From the NCBI GenBank assembly GCA_050633245.1, contig JBOEGD010000020.1, forward strand, positions 173,492 through 237,491: a stretch of 64,000 nucleotides of DNA, in the 5' to 3' direction. Below the pieces are notes generated by a model. It ran no database searches and was not told the origin of the DNA. It saw nothing but the letters and a program-made list of their open reading frames with translations. The stretch's first letter is position 1. The number at the start of each line of letters is the position of its first letter. Positions 1 to 9,596 of this stretch are shown piece after piece. The position numbers and the translations under genes are program-made. Source of the stretch: Calditrichia bacterium. Lineage in GTDB: Bacteria > Calditrichota > Calditrichia > RBG-13-44-9 > J075.

Positions 1-2921
1 ATCTATCGTTAAATGGTACTTCCCAGAATCCGATTGTTTTTGAGGCGACCGCTGATACCAGTAATTCGATATGGCAAGGCATTAGTTTTGAGAAGAACAG
101 CAGCTACGATCTGTCTCATCTGACAATAAGAAATGCAACAAAAGCGTTAAATTTTGTTGACGCACTTTCAAATAAAACAATTCGTGGCTTAAGAATCACT
201 AATTGCGTATTTGCATTTACCCTTCCTGCTTCATCAAGTAATACACGACTCGTTAATCTGACGGTTGAAAATGTAGAAGATGGGGGCAATGTAAACGGGA
301 GTAATATAGAGGTTGATTCATCTGAAATTGTCTTGTCCGCTTTATTTTCAGCTGCGATACCAATAACGATTTCAAACTCAATAATCGACTCTAGTGAAGT
401 TAAGATTTCAGGCAATGCAGAAAATACTATTGATACCAATATTTTTCAAAAAAATTCTGTATTAACATTAGTAAAAAACGGCGATGGAACTATTAAAAAC
501 AACAGATTTATTGACGGAAGTAATATAGGATTTAATACTTCTTTTACTACTGTTACGCCAGTAATAAAGAATAATGTTTTTTTCGGTAAAAATAAAAGCG
601 GAAAGGCCATTGATAATTTTCAGACTGAAATCGAAGTTGTTAATAATACTTTCATCTATTATGAATATGGATTTTTTGCTAGATCAGACAATCCTGATTC
701 TAAAGTAGAAAACAATATCTTCTATGAAAATGCCAATTCATTTGTAACGACCGGAGATATGTTTTTTAACCTCTTCTATAATGACATTGACCCTACAGGG
801 CTTGATTCATCGAACATCTTTGCTGATCCACTACTTGTCGATCCGGTAAATGGTGATGTACACCTGATGTCCACATCTCCTGCCATCGATAGCGCAGATT
901 TTAAGGACGCATTTTCAAATGAACCCGCACCAAATGGTGGACGCCTCAATATGGGGGCCTATGGTAATACCGCTGAAGCAACACTTTCATTTGATTTAAT
1001 TGTTCAAAACAATCTGACTGCTGATGCAACCTGGTCTGGCTCGGTGAATATTCTGGAGTCTGTTTCCACAAGCGGTAACAAATTGACCTTGTCGCCCGGC
1101 ACTCGTGTTCTCTTTGACGACGGTAAAACATTAACTGTTACTGCAACACTTGACGCCGATGGTAAAGCGAGTCTTCCTGTTGCTGATCCTATTCTTTTTA
1201 GCGGATATCGGGAAGCAGATGCAATGGGAGGAGTTTATCTTTATCCATCTTCATCTGATACAGTGACGTTGAACTTTAGTGAGTTTAAGAAGGGTAGCAC
1301 TGGGTTGTATATTTCCGAATTGGATGGAACACAACATCAGTTTGACAATCTTCTCTTTGAAAACAATACCACAGGATTCTACAGTAGCGAGTCTGACTTC
1401 AGTTTGGTTAACTCAATTCTTACCTCAAATGAAAAGGGTATGGTTGCTGACGGAGGCGATGTAACAATTACTGGAACGGACTTTACAAACAATTCTATTC
1501 AAGGACTGCATCTTTACTACGCAGATTTTGATGTAACCAATTCGACATTTGAATATAATGCGGGACGAGGCGTTTATTTTCAATATAGCAGCAACGGAGA
1601 CTTTACTGATAATACTGTTAGCTATAACGGGAGTGATCCTGGCGAGAGTACCTTGAAAGGTGGAGTCGTTTGTTATCAAAGCTCTCCTTTTTTGGAAGAC
1701 AATGAAATCACCTATAATGATGCCAACGGGATTCTATCACTCAGTTCATCCTATCCGACAATGACAGGAGACGGGTATAACCTGGTAGCGCAAAATGCCG
1801 GTAACTCAGGTACTTCAGCAGCAGAAATATTTGTAGAAGATATTTCTTTTCCAGTTCTTGATCGTGGCAATAATGATATTGCCGATACTACCGGTGGCTA
1901 TTTGATTTACGGAGATGAAGATGAACGTGAGTTCTCTCTCTATATTCGCTATAACTATTGGGGAGAGACAGACTCATCCTCTATTGCCGGTAAGCTGAAT
2001 CGGCCTGGTGGATTAATTTTTTATCCGTTTGACACAAGTAGCAATACAGGCAGTGGCCTTTTTAGCAAAGAAGGGAGCCTCGCTGAAGCCGACTCTACAG
2101 CAGACTTCTTTGAGCGGGGACTTGCAGCAGAACGCGAAGGCAAATACGCCGATGCAGTCGCACACTATGATTCGTTGATCACTTTGTATCCAGCATCTGC
2201 CATGTCAAAACCGGTTATGGACAGGCTCTATCATGTGAAACTCGCAAAGGGTGATACGCCACTCCAGCTCCAAACGTATTACAGCGCATTTATTCCTCAT
2301 ACTGACACAGCACTGGCCACTGTTGCCCAACGTTTAGCCATTCGCAGCCTCACCGCCGGTGGGGACTATCAGGATGCAATCAATGAACACACTACATGGA
2401 GTCTAAATACACATTTTGAGAGCGATTCTATTTACTCTCAGGTAGACATCCTCTCTAACCAGCTGCGCGCTACCGGAACGCCGATTGGAAAAATGAAGGC
2501 GGGTAAAGCAAAGACAAAACACTTGAAGAAGCAACAAGCGTCCTTCGAGGAAACTAGGATTAAAACTGATGCGCTGCTCAGTAGCTTAATACGAAAAGGC
2601 GGTGATGAGGAAGCAGCAGTAATACCGGAGAAATTTAGTCTGGGACAGAATTATCCAAATCCATTTAATCCGACGACAACGATTACCTTCCAGGCACCGA
2701 CTAAGGGCAACATTCAATTAGAAATTTTCAATGTTCTCGGTCAAAAAGTGAAGACGCTATTGAATTCCGATGTTGATGCAGGTGAATACAAACTACTCTG
2801 GGATAGTCGCAATGGAAGCGGAAACCGCGTTGCCAGTGGGCTCTATTTCTACAGAGCATATTTTACTGATGAATCAGGGAAACAAATTGTAAAATCAAAG
2901 AAGATGATTCTGTTAAGATAG
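1..2921 (+). CDS. Secreted right-handed beta-helix repeat protein with TPR-like segment and C-terminal FlgD/T9SS type A-like domain (5' truncated)
   Basis: The frame is open from position 3 (LSLNGTSQNPIVF...WQGISF), so the gene starts before the window. It has N/G-rich beta-helix repeats, a DPLLVD...GDVHLMSTSPAID...NMGAYG motif and a C-terminal FSLGQNYPNPFNPTTTI...ASGLYFY...KKMILLR domain. Confidence 0.85.
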   Translation, partial: LSLNGTSQNPIVFEATADTSNSIWQGISFEKNSSYDLSHLTIRNATKALNFVDALSNKTIRGLRITNCVFAFTLPASSSNTRLVNLTVENVEDGGNVNGSNIEVDSSEIVLSALFSAAIPITISNSIIDSSEVKISGNAENTIDTNIFQKNSVLTLVKNGDGTIKNNRFIDGSNIGFNTSFTTVTPVIKNNVFFGKNKSGKAIDNFQTEIEVVNNTFIYYEYGFFARSDNPDSKVENNIFYENANSFVTTGDMFFNLFYNDIDPTGLDSSNIFADPLLVDPVNGDVHLMSTSPAIDSADFKDAFSNEPAPNGGRLNMGAYGNTAEATLSFDLIVQNNLTADATWSGSVNILESVSTSGNKLTLSPGTRVLFDDGKTLTVTATLDADGKASLPVADPILFSGYREADAMGGVYLYPSSSDTVTLNFSEFKKGSTGLYISELDGTQHQFDNLLFENNTTGFYSSESDFSLVNSILTSNEKGMVADGGDVTITGTDFTNNSIQGLHLYYADFDVTNSTFEYNAGRGVYFQYSSNGDFTDNTVSYNGSDPGESTLKGGVVCYQSSPFLEDNEITYNDANGILSLSSSYPTMTGDGYNLVAQNAGNSGTSAAEIFVEDISFPVLDRGNNDIADTTGGYLIYGDEDEREFSLYIRYNYWGETDSSSIAGKLNRPGGLIFYPFDTSSNTGSGLFSKEGSLAEADSTADFFERGLAAEREGKYADAVAHYDSLITLYPASAMSKPVMDRLYHVKLAKGDTPLQLQTYYSAFIPHTDTALATVAQRLAIRSLTAGGDYQDAINEHTTWSLNTHFESDSIYSQVDILSNQLRATGTPIGKMKAGKAKTKHLKKQQASFEETRIKTDALLSSLIRKGGDEEAAVIPEKFSLGQNYPNPFNPTTTITFQAPTKGNIQLEIFNVLGQKVKTLLNSDVDAGEYKLLWDSRNGSGNRVASGLYFYRAYFTDESGKQIVKSKKMILLR

Positions 2922-3192
2922 CAAGATATTATACACCGATGTAAGCAACAGTCGCTAACTTAGGGAATCTCTCCCCCGAAACATCCTGCGTATGAAAAAC
3001 ATACGCGGGGTGTGAAAATTCATCTGTTTAATGACACCGTGTTTTGATCAACCAGAAAGCTCGTTTCTGCGGGCTTTTTAGCAAGTGTTTTCAGGCAGGT
3101 TTTTTGACACCCTATAATTAGATACATAACACATAGCCAATTTACCGTATGTATTCACACGACTCTTCGTGATACTTACTATTCCTGCGCAG

Positions 3193-3259
3193 AAAAAAAG
3201 GCCCGCCGCTGACAGTATGCGGCCACATTCATGGCAGCGTCGGTCAGCAGTCAGGCCTT
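3193..3259 (-). terminator. Putative intrinsic terminator downstream of the iron module
   Basis: An AAGGCC...GGCCTT stem with internal GCTGAC/GTCAGC pairing lies next to a 7-A run (U-tract on the minus strand). Confidence 0.45.
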
Positions 3260-3382
3260 GGGGAGTTCGTTGTAATAAATGCCGGCCCCGCCGGCATATT
3301 GTATTCAATCTAAAATTATGTACAACACTGTGCCAGTCCCCCAATGTTGCCAGAGGGAGACTGACGGGGCGTTGTCGCTCTG

Positions 3383-4801
3383 TTAGAGCGAACTCACAAA
3401 GGCAATTAACGCATTTCGATCTGGTCTTGGCAAGTTTTTTACAAAATCTTTCGAGTCCTGTGCTTCTCCACCATGCCACATAATCGCTTCCATCATGTTT
3501 CTGGCACGACCATCGTGTAGAAAAAATGTATGTCCACTAACCAGCTCTGTTAGGCCAATTCCCCAGAGTGGTGGCGTCCGCCACTCCGACCCGGTTGCCT
3601 CAAAGTCCGGACGTCCATCGGCGAGTCCTTCGCCCATATCATGGAGTAGCAAATCGGAATATGGCTGGATCCGTTGATTCGAAACGGACTCAACACCGGA
3701 TAATATGCCGGTTTGCAGCTCAGGCACATGGCATGAAGCACACTTTGCCTGAGTAAAGAGAGCCTCGCCTCTTAATACTTCCGGGTCATCTATGTCTCGC
3801 CTTGCCGGAACTGCCAATGTTTGAGTATAAAACGTGACGGTTTCAAGAAACTCCATGTCGATCTCCGGATCATCCTGGAGTGTGTCTAGCTGGCTTTGGC
3901 CATCCGTGCTTTCCTTAAGAAAAATAGGGCTGGTTATCCCCATATCCTGATGGGCCGCTTCAGCTGTTTGGGTTAACAATGAAGCCGTATTCGCCTTTAA
4001 GCCAAATCGTCCGATCTGAACCGTCTCACTGGCATGATCCCACACGTAATTTGGTCTACCACTAATACCATCGCCATCTGCATCATTCTCGTCTGCGAGT
4101 TGTAGCAGCGTTGCTTCGGGAATGGCCTCCAGCAGGCCTCGCCCAAACACCGCCGGGGCTACTCTTGACGAAATCAATAAACCTGCTGGTAAAGGTTGGT
4201 AGGGGTTAGAAATATTATATGTCGGTTTCCGAAGGCTGTAGCTTTCGCCATCTGGAAATTGAAAGGTCTCTTCCGTCCAGCTGGCGCGAACCTCAGCCTC
4301 GGCGGCGATACCAAAAAGTGATTTGTCTTGCAGCTGAGCTCCAAAACCCGGAACGGGGTTCGGCGCACCGGGAACAGTAGAAGAAACACCGGGCACACTA
4401 ATGCGCAACAGCTGAGATGTTAATTGTTCACCTTCGCCTGCCGGAACGCCACGCCCATCCCGGAAGTGGCAGCCAATACAGGTATTGCCATTGAACACCG
4501 GGCCAAGTCCACTAAACAGTGGTGCCGGTGCTGCAACAAATTCGAATTCGAATGCAGCGTCGCCCTCAAGGTGCTTTTCGAGTTTCACCGCACTTAGGTT
4601 TGATGCAGGGTTGGCAAATGAACGACTATTGGCGATAAATACGGTGGTCTCTCCACCGGATAAATATCGTTTGTCGACGTCCTGTACATCAGATATTGGG
4701 TCTGAGTTCGTTGAACATCCACCGATGAAGAAAACGAATGCCAGGAATAAGGCGCTACTTACATATCTGCAATGATTCATATTAAAGAGCTCTTTTTTCA
4801 T
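3383..4801 (-). CDS. Di-heme oxidoreductase (DHOR family) c-type cytochrome lipoprotein
   Basis: Two CxxCH motifs (CIGCH, CASCH), GLGPVFN, DLLLHDMG, WRTPPLWG and FLHDGRAR motifs, and the lipobox FIGGC. Confidence 0.9.
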   Translation of the reverse strand: MKKELFNMNHCRYVSSALFLAFVFFIGGCSTNSDPISDVQDVDKRYLSGGETTVFIANSRSFANPASNLSAVKLEKHLEGDAAFEFEFVAAPAPLFSGLGPVFNGNTCIGCHFRDGRGVPAGEGEQLTSQLLRISVPGVSSTVPGAPNPVPGFGAQLQDKSLFGIAAEAEVRASWTEETFQFPDGESYSLRKPTYNISNPYQPLPAGLLISSRVAPAVFGRGLLEAIPEATLLQLADENDADGDGISGRPNYVWDHASETVQIGRFGLKANTASLLTQTAEAAHQDMGITSPIFLKESTDGQSQLDTLQDDPEIDMEFLETVTFYTQTLAVPARRDIDDPEVLRGEALFTQAKCASCHVPELQTGILSGVESVSNQRIQPYSDLLLHDMGEGLADGRPDFEATGSEWRTPPLWGIGLTELVSGHTFFLHDGRARNMMEAIMWHGGEAQDSKDFVKNLPRPDRNALIAFVSSL

Positions 4802-4818
4802 GTTGTTTAGGAGGATGC

Positions 4819-5883
4819 CTAGTTTGTTATTAGCGAGCGGAGATCATTTTCCATGGTGCCAACGATCTTGTTGATTGATGCTTGTGCAGCCTCAATTTCG
4901 CTAGTGGCATCCAGGTTGTCACGAAAAGGAAAAGGAATGGCCTGAATAGAAGCGATAGCTGCATTTAGCTCAGAAAGAATTCGAGCATCCAGAGTTGGGT
5001 CTTTCTGATTTACAAATTCGTTCAGACCTGTTCCGGTCACACCATTGTAGTCACCGGTGTAGGCATTTAGGCAGCTGCGCATATTGTTTTCAAAATCGGC
5101 CAGTGAATTAAAGCTAAATTGTGATTCCACGAGAGTAACGTCTTGCTGAGAAAAGGGGTCAGCTATTTTACCATTGGCAACTTCATCGCAAATAATGGAA
5201 ATACCGTCGACAATTTCCAAAACGGCATCGAACTGCGTTTGGTAGCGACTTCCTGGATTGCCGGCATTAATGAATTCACTTGCGAACCCATCCGCCCAGG
5301 CATCGTAAAGACTTTCAGCATCATCAGCAAGAACCTGAGTTGCTGCGGCTAAGTATTCAACTTCACGGGCATCTAAACTGGATACCTGTCGCACAGCTCC
5401 ATCGCGGAAAATAAGAAACTCAATAGTGTGAAACCCCTTGAGTGCATCGCCCAGGCCGTTTGCCACAAAATCTGCTGTTAACGGCTGGCTGCTGGCCAGC
5501 ACATTGTCCAGCTGTGTTCTGTCTACCGGCCAGGAATCGAGAGCCGGATCGAGGCCCTGAATATCGACCGGACCAAAAAGAAACCCTTCACTGGCTTCCC
5601 ATGGCGCGCGCGTTGCAACCCAGGCTGTACCGGCAGCATCGAGGTTGGCCTGAGTTTGATTTGCACTAAATGTTTGCACGGCTGTATTTAATGCCGCTGC
5701 TTCGTCGCGTAAGTCACGATATGTTGCAACGGCAACCTTGTTGGCATATTCGCTAAGAATCGTTGAATAGTCGAAGCTTGGATCGGGGGATGGGCCTGGC
5801 TCAGTTGAGTCTGAACAAGACACTGAAAAAAGCAAAGCGACGCAAAACAGGCTGCTGAAAATACTTGTGTTTCGAAAATTCAT
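4819..5883 (-). CDS. Imelysin (peptidase M75/IrpA-like) iron-regulated lipoprotein
   Basis: Lipobox SVSC, WEASEGFLFGP, DSWP, GFHTIEFLIF (GxHxxE) and ESQFSFNS motifs; AGGAG RBS upstream. Confidence 0.9.
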   Translation of the reverse strand: MNFRNTSIFSSLFCVALLFSVSCSDSTEPGPSPDPSFDYSTILSEYANKVAVATYRDLRDEAAALNTAVQTFSANQTQANLDAAGTAWVATRAPWEASEGFLFGPVDIQGLDPALDSWPVDRTQLDNVLASSQPLTADFVANGLGDALKGFHTIEFLIFRDGAVRQVSSLDAREVEYLAAATQVLADDAESLYDAWADGFASEFINAGNPGSRYQTQFDAVLEIVDGISIICDEVANGKIADPFSQQDVTLVESQFSFNSLADFENNMRSCLNAYTGDYNGVTGTGLNEFVNQKDPTLDARILSELNAAIASIQAIPFPFRDNLDATSEIEAAQASINKIVGTMENDLRSLITN

Positions 5884-5932
5884 ATAATGTTCTCCTTGGA
5901 AATTATGTACTGTTATTGTGTTAGGTTCGCGT

Positions 5933-7192
5933 TTAGTTTGTCGACAACACGTTCAAAAATTCACCCTGAATTCCGAATCCGATGCTGATGGTATTCTCAT
6001 CATTAAACTTGCTGTCACCAAGTGTTCTGTGCGCGTATTCAGCCTTAAAAACCACGTTCTTATTAGGAAGGAAGTTGATGCCGGCAGTAATGACATTACG
6101 CTCGAAGCGTGGATCGGCAAAAACCAGACCTTCGACGTCTTCCATAGAGTTATAGTGTTCGTATCTTAGAAAAGGTAGTAGCTCGCCCTCTGTAGAAGAG
6201 GAATTTAGAGCGAAGAGGTTAAAGGCGCCTTCGATTGAATATAAAGTAGCATTTGCTGCCACAGGTGTTCTTGCAACGCCCAGGTTGTTCGATAGAAGGC
6301 TGTTAGACCTGGTTACCCGGTCGGAGTTTGCAAGATCGCCATAAAGGAATTGACCATAAATGCGCACTTGTTGATTTTGATAGCGCGCATGTGCTTCGGC
6401 AATCGTTACATGGGCATCAATGCCTTCCATGTCGTCTTTGGGACGATTGCCGCTCGTATTGCCACGATAAAACGAACCGGCAAGATGGAAGTTTTTGAAA
6501 CCGGAATAATTTGCGTGCAGGAAATAGGCAAGATCGGTGGCATCAACCTGCTCGAAGCGGCCTTGATAGCCGTCGCGAACCCAGAACTTCGAGCTGAATC
6601 CCGTTCCATCTAGGCCATTAACCAGACCAAGTCTATAGCCTAGGTTTTTCCAGCTTCCGCTTAATGCCAGACCCGTTTCGTGCCAGCTAACCGGGATTAA
6701 CGCACGCGCGGCTTCCGGTCTGCTAACTGTCAGAAAATCGGTTGGCTTATCAAACCTGTTTAGCATTCCGATTGGAATAGTGAAGTGTCCCAGCTGCACG
6801 GAGAATGTTGGTGCAAATGTCTTTTTTAGATAAAATTGCTCAACTAATATCTCGCCGCCCTTTTCCACTTCCTGTTCAAATTCGCCAAATTCCTCGAATT
6901 CGAGCTCAAGTGCGCTGCCGGTGCCACCGTGTTCGTATTCTACCTCAAACTCAACGTACATCGATGAATCAAAATAGTATTTCATCTCGGTAACTACCCG
7001 CGGTATGTCCATAATTGCGCGGCTATCTGAAGGTGAGCCGTTTAAGCCACTTCGTTGATCCGGGCCATAGTCAAAATACGAGTATATTGTTTCTCCATAG
7101 CCTTTTATAATAAATTTTGGAGCGGGTTCTTGTGCATGGACTGAAGAAAATGAAGCTAAGATTAGTGTAAGAATGAGTAGCCGTAAAAACAT
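5933..7192 (-). CDS. Outer-membrane porin-like beta-barrel associated with imelysin
   Basis: Signal peptide, acidic EVEYEHGGTGSALELEFEEFGEFEQEVEKGGE segment, IPVSWHETG motif and alternating beta-strands; first gene of the imelysin/DHOR cluster. Confidence 0.8.
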   Translation of the reverse strand: MFLRLLILTLILASFSSVHAQEPAPKFIIKGYGETIYSYFDYGPDQRSGLNGSPSDSRAIMDIPRVVTEMKYYFDSSMYVEFEVEYEHGGTGSALELEFEEFGEFEQEVEKGGEILVEQFYLKKTFAPTFSVQLGHFTIPIGMLNRFDKPTDFLTVSRPEAARALIPVSWHETGLALSGSWKNLGYRLGLVNGLDGTGFSSKFWVRDGYQGRFEQVDATDLAYFLHANYSGFKNFHLAGSFYRGNTSGNRPKDDMEGIDAHVTIAEAHARYQNQQVRIYGQFLYGDLANSDRVTRSNSLLSNNLGVARTPVAANATLYSIEGAFNLFALNSSSTEGELLPFLRYEHYNSMEDVEGLVFADPRFERNVITAGINFLPNKNVVFKAEYAHRTLGDSKFNDENTISIGFGIQGEFLNVLSTN

Positions 7193-7228
7193 ATATAAAC
7201 CGCCTGTGTATTGAATATCTTAAAAACA

Positions 7229-7259
7229 AGTTTACGGGCGGGGAAAATGACTTTCAATT
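7229..7259 (-). promoter_or_regulatory. Sigma70-type promoter overlapped by a Fur-box-like site
   Basis: Minus strand reads TTGAAA-N17-TAAACT. GGAAAATGACTTTCA (7242-7256) resembles the 7-1-7 Fur box and overlaps the -35 element. Confidence 0.55.
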
Positions 7260-7351
7260 GCGAAGATTTATGGGAATCTTTGTTCTGGAGGAGGGGTTCT
7301 TAGGGAACAAGTGTTCTTCTTTAAGAACCATTATTAAAAATAAGCGTACAT

Positions 7352-7382
7352 AAAAAAGGCGTTTCTCGAAAGGAAACGCCTT
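7352..7382 (-). terminator. Intrinsic terminator
   Basis: AAGGCGTTTC-loop-GAAACGCCTT stem with an A-run (minus-strand U-tract) after the 69-aa ORF. Confidence 0.8.
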
Positions 7383-7409
7383 GAAAAGTCATCACTTCTG
7401 TATTTCTAC

Positions 7410-7619
7410 TTAGGACATCTGAAAGCGGACAGCCTGCATCATATTGTTGAAATTTACGCCATCATCTTTTGCGATTTGCAGAGCTTCCCGCAGGTAATAT
7501 TCATCAAGTGTCTCGTAATAATCGTGTAAATACAACATGACGAGCTCTTCAGAATCTTTTTTGGTCCAGTCTCCATATGGAGAATCAAATAGCTTGAGAG
7601 CATTTGTTAAATCGTACAT
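7410..7619 (-). CDS. Small acidic hypothetical protein (69 aa)
   Basis: GAGGAG RBS, starts 10 nt after the HAD gene stop and is followed by a terminator. Confidence 0.7.
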   Translation of the reverse strand: MYDLTNALKLFDSPYGDWTKKDSEELVMLYLHDYYETLDEYYLREALQIAKDDGVNFNNMMQAVRFQMS

Positions 7620-7629
7620 GTTTATCTCC

Positions 7630-8268
7630 TCAGTACATCTTTTTCAACACGTTGAGCGTATCGCCTAGATTATCGGAAACCACATCAGCTTCCTTTAGAA
7701 ACATTGGCGACAAGGTTGTGGTTATGGCTATGCAGCTCATATTGGCTGCTTTAGCGCTGCGAATACCGAATGGAGCATTTTCGATAACCACGCATTCTTC
7801 CGGCTTTGCGTTTAGAGCTTCTGCTGCACGCAGATAGGGTTCTGGTGCCGGCTTTGTGAAAAATACGTCATCTAATGTAACAACGGCGTCAAAATACTCT
7901 ACAATGCCAAAGTTCTCCAGAGCCTCAACAACGCGCGTACGTCGGGCACCACTTACTACACCCAGTCGTAAATCTCGTTCTCTGGCCCAGTTTAACAGAT
8001 CTAACAAATCCGGGTAGAGTTCAATATCCTTGATTTGATCGTAATGCTGACGTTTCTTCTCTACAATATTAGACGCTTCTTCAAATGGTAGATTGAACTT
8101 GCGGGTGAACTGGTTTGCCAATTCTTCCACAGCAGCACCTTCGCGAACGTAAAGTTCTTCCGGGGCCATCTCAATGCCATAGTCCTCCATAGCAAGGCGC
8201 CACCCTTCATAGTGGTCTTCCATGCTGCGGATTAAAACGCCATCAAAGTCGAATAGTACCACTTTCAT
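7630..8268 (-). CDS. HAD-superfamily phosphatase (beta-phosphoglucomutase-like)
   Basis: Motif I DFDGVL, plus VVSG, KPAPEPY and VIENAPFGI motifs. Confidence 0.9.
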   Translation of the reverse strand: MKVVLFDFDGVLIRSMEDHYEGWRLAMEDYGIEMAPEELYVREGAAVEELANQFTRKFNLPFEEASNIVEKKRQHYDQIKDIELYPDLLDLLNWARERDLRLGVVSGARRTRVVEALENFGIVEYFDAVVTLDDVFFTKPAPEPYLRAAEALNAKPEECVVIENAPFGIRSAKAANMSCIAITTTLSPMFLKEADVVSDNLGDTLNVLKKMY

Positions 8269-8449
8269 TGCTATGCTATCCTGGTATTCGCGTAAGTAAT
8301 ACCTAATTTAGAAACACTGGCGGACAACTTTGTGATTTTTTTATCAAATCAATTGTACAAAAATATAGCTGAATTCTCTATTACTTCAAAATTAAATGCC
8401 GCCTGACATTAAAATTTAACGCGTGGTTAAGAAATAAGATTCAGAACGA

Positions 8450-9358
8450 TTACTTTTTCGATTCCGGAGCTTTCAGCACATACTTAGCATATAGCTCTTC
8501 GAGAACACTGCGTGAACGCAAACGCTTTGCTTCTACTCCAGCCTTGCTTAGTCGAGCCAGAACATGTTGAACCTCCGCATCGCCACCGGTAAGCTCTATT
8601 CGTAACTCATCATCATTTTTTTGCACAATCTTATGGGAAACAGCGGCTTGCTGCTCAATGATGGATAGCGCAGCTGCAGTAATGTCTAAAGATAAAACGG
8701 TGTCCAGATCGTCTTGTAAATTGAATTGCTTAATCAATTTTCCCTTGTGAAGTAAGATAACCGAGTTGCACAGAGACTCAAGTTCCTCAAGATTATGCGA
8801 TGCATATAGAATCGTCACGTTTTCGAGTTTCAGTAATAGCTCTCTTAATTTCTTTTTACCATCAGGGTCAAGTCCGGATGTTGGTTCGTCTAAAAGCAAA
8901 ATGGGAGGGCGGTGGAGCAGGGCAATGGCCAGCTGGACGCGCTGTATCATTCCCTTGGAAAAGCTGGACAATAGGAAATCAGACGCGTCAGTAAGTTCGA
9001 CAAATTCGAGTACTTCGCTGATTCTTCTGTTTGAATCAGTTATACTATGCATTTTTGCCGTGGAAGTAAGGAGCTCTGCCGGCGTAAAGTTCTCGAGCCC
9101 CTCCTGTCGCTCCGGGACATAGCCGATAAATCTCCGCGCTGTTTCGAGGTCACTTTCACCATGAATCCGAATTGTGCCGCTGTCGCGTATTATAAAACGT
9201 AAGAGAAGCTTTAATAACGTCGATTTCCCGGAGCCATTCGCACCAATAATTCCCAGTCGTTCTCCCGGAGAAACGCGCAGGTTAAAATTGTCTAAAGCAG
9301 GCTCTGCGTTTTTGCTGTATCGCTTGGAAACTTTGTTTAATTCAATTTCATGAAGCAT
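8450..9358 (-). CDS. ABC-2 type transporter ATP-binding protein (no adjacent permease)
   Basis: Walker A GANGSGKS, signature FSKGM, Walker B LLLDEPTSGLD and H-loop ASH. Confidence 0.9.
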   Translation of the reverse strand: MLHEIELNKVSKRYSKNAEPALDNFNLRVSPGERLGIIGANGSGKSTLLKLLLRFIIRDSGTIRIHGESDLETARRFIGYVPERQEGLENFTPAELLTSTAKMHSITDSNRRISEVLEFVELTDASDFLLSSFSKGMIQRVQLAIALLHRPPILLLDEPTSGLDPDGKKKLRELLLKLENVTILYASHNLEELESLCNSVILLHKGKLIKQFNLQDDLDTVLSLDITAAALSIIEQQAAVSHKIVQKNDDELRIELTGGDAEVQHVLARLSKAGVEAKRLRSRSVLEELYAKYVLKAPESKK

Positions 9359-9416
9359 TTAAGACCCGGACTGTAAGATGATTTACTTTTACTATAGACA
9401 ATTTAGTGTAAGATAC

Positions 9417-9442
9417 GGTATAAAAAACTTGATTTTTATACC
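9417..9442. promoter_or_regulatory. Inverted repeat, candidate operator in the divergent promoter region
   Basis: GGTATAAAAA-N6-TTTTTATACC has perfect 10-bp arms and sits between the ABC ATPase and GT4 genes. Confidence 0.45.
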
Positions 9443-9596
9443 ACTTATGATGATTTTCGATACGTTGGCAACACATTCTGTCGAAAGTCTGTCTTTGCAA
9501 AGTAGATCCTTCAGACTTTCCCCGGCTGCTCAGAAACTGCACATTTAGTAACTCTCAGAATGACGGTTGCATTCCGCTTATTATAATTGACGACAT

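Noticed and set aside
3078-3483. ORFs 3078-3479 (-) and 3169-3483 (+)
   Set aside because: They overlap the DHOR gene end, have Arg/Cys-rich non-protein-like composition and coincide with hairpins.
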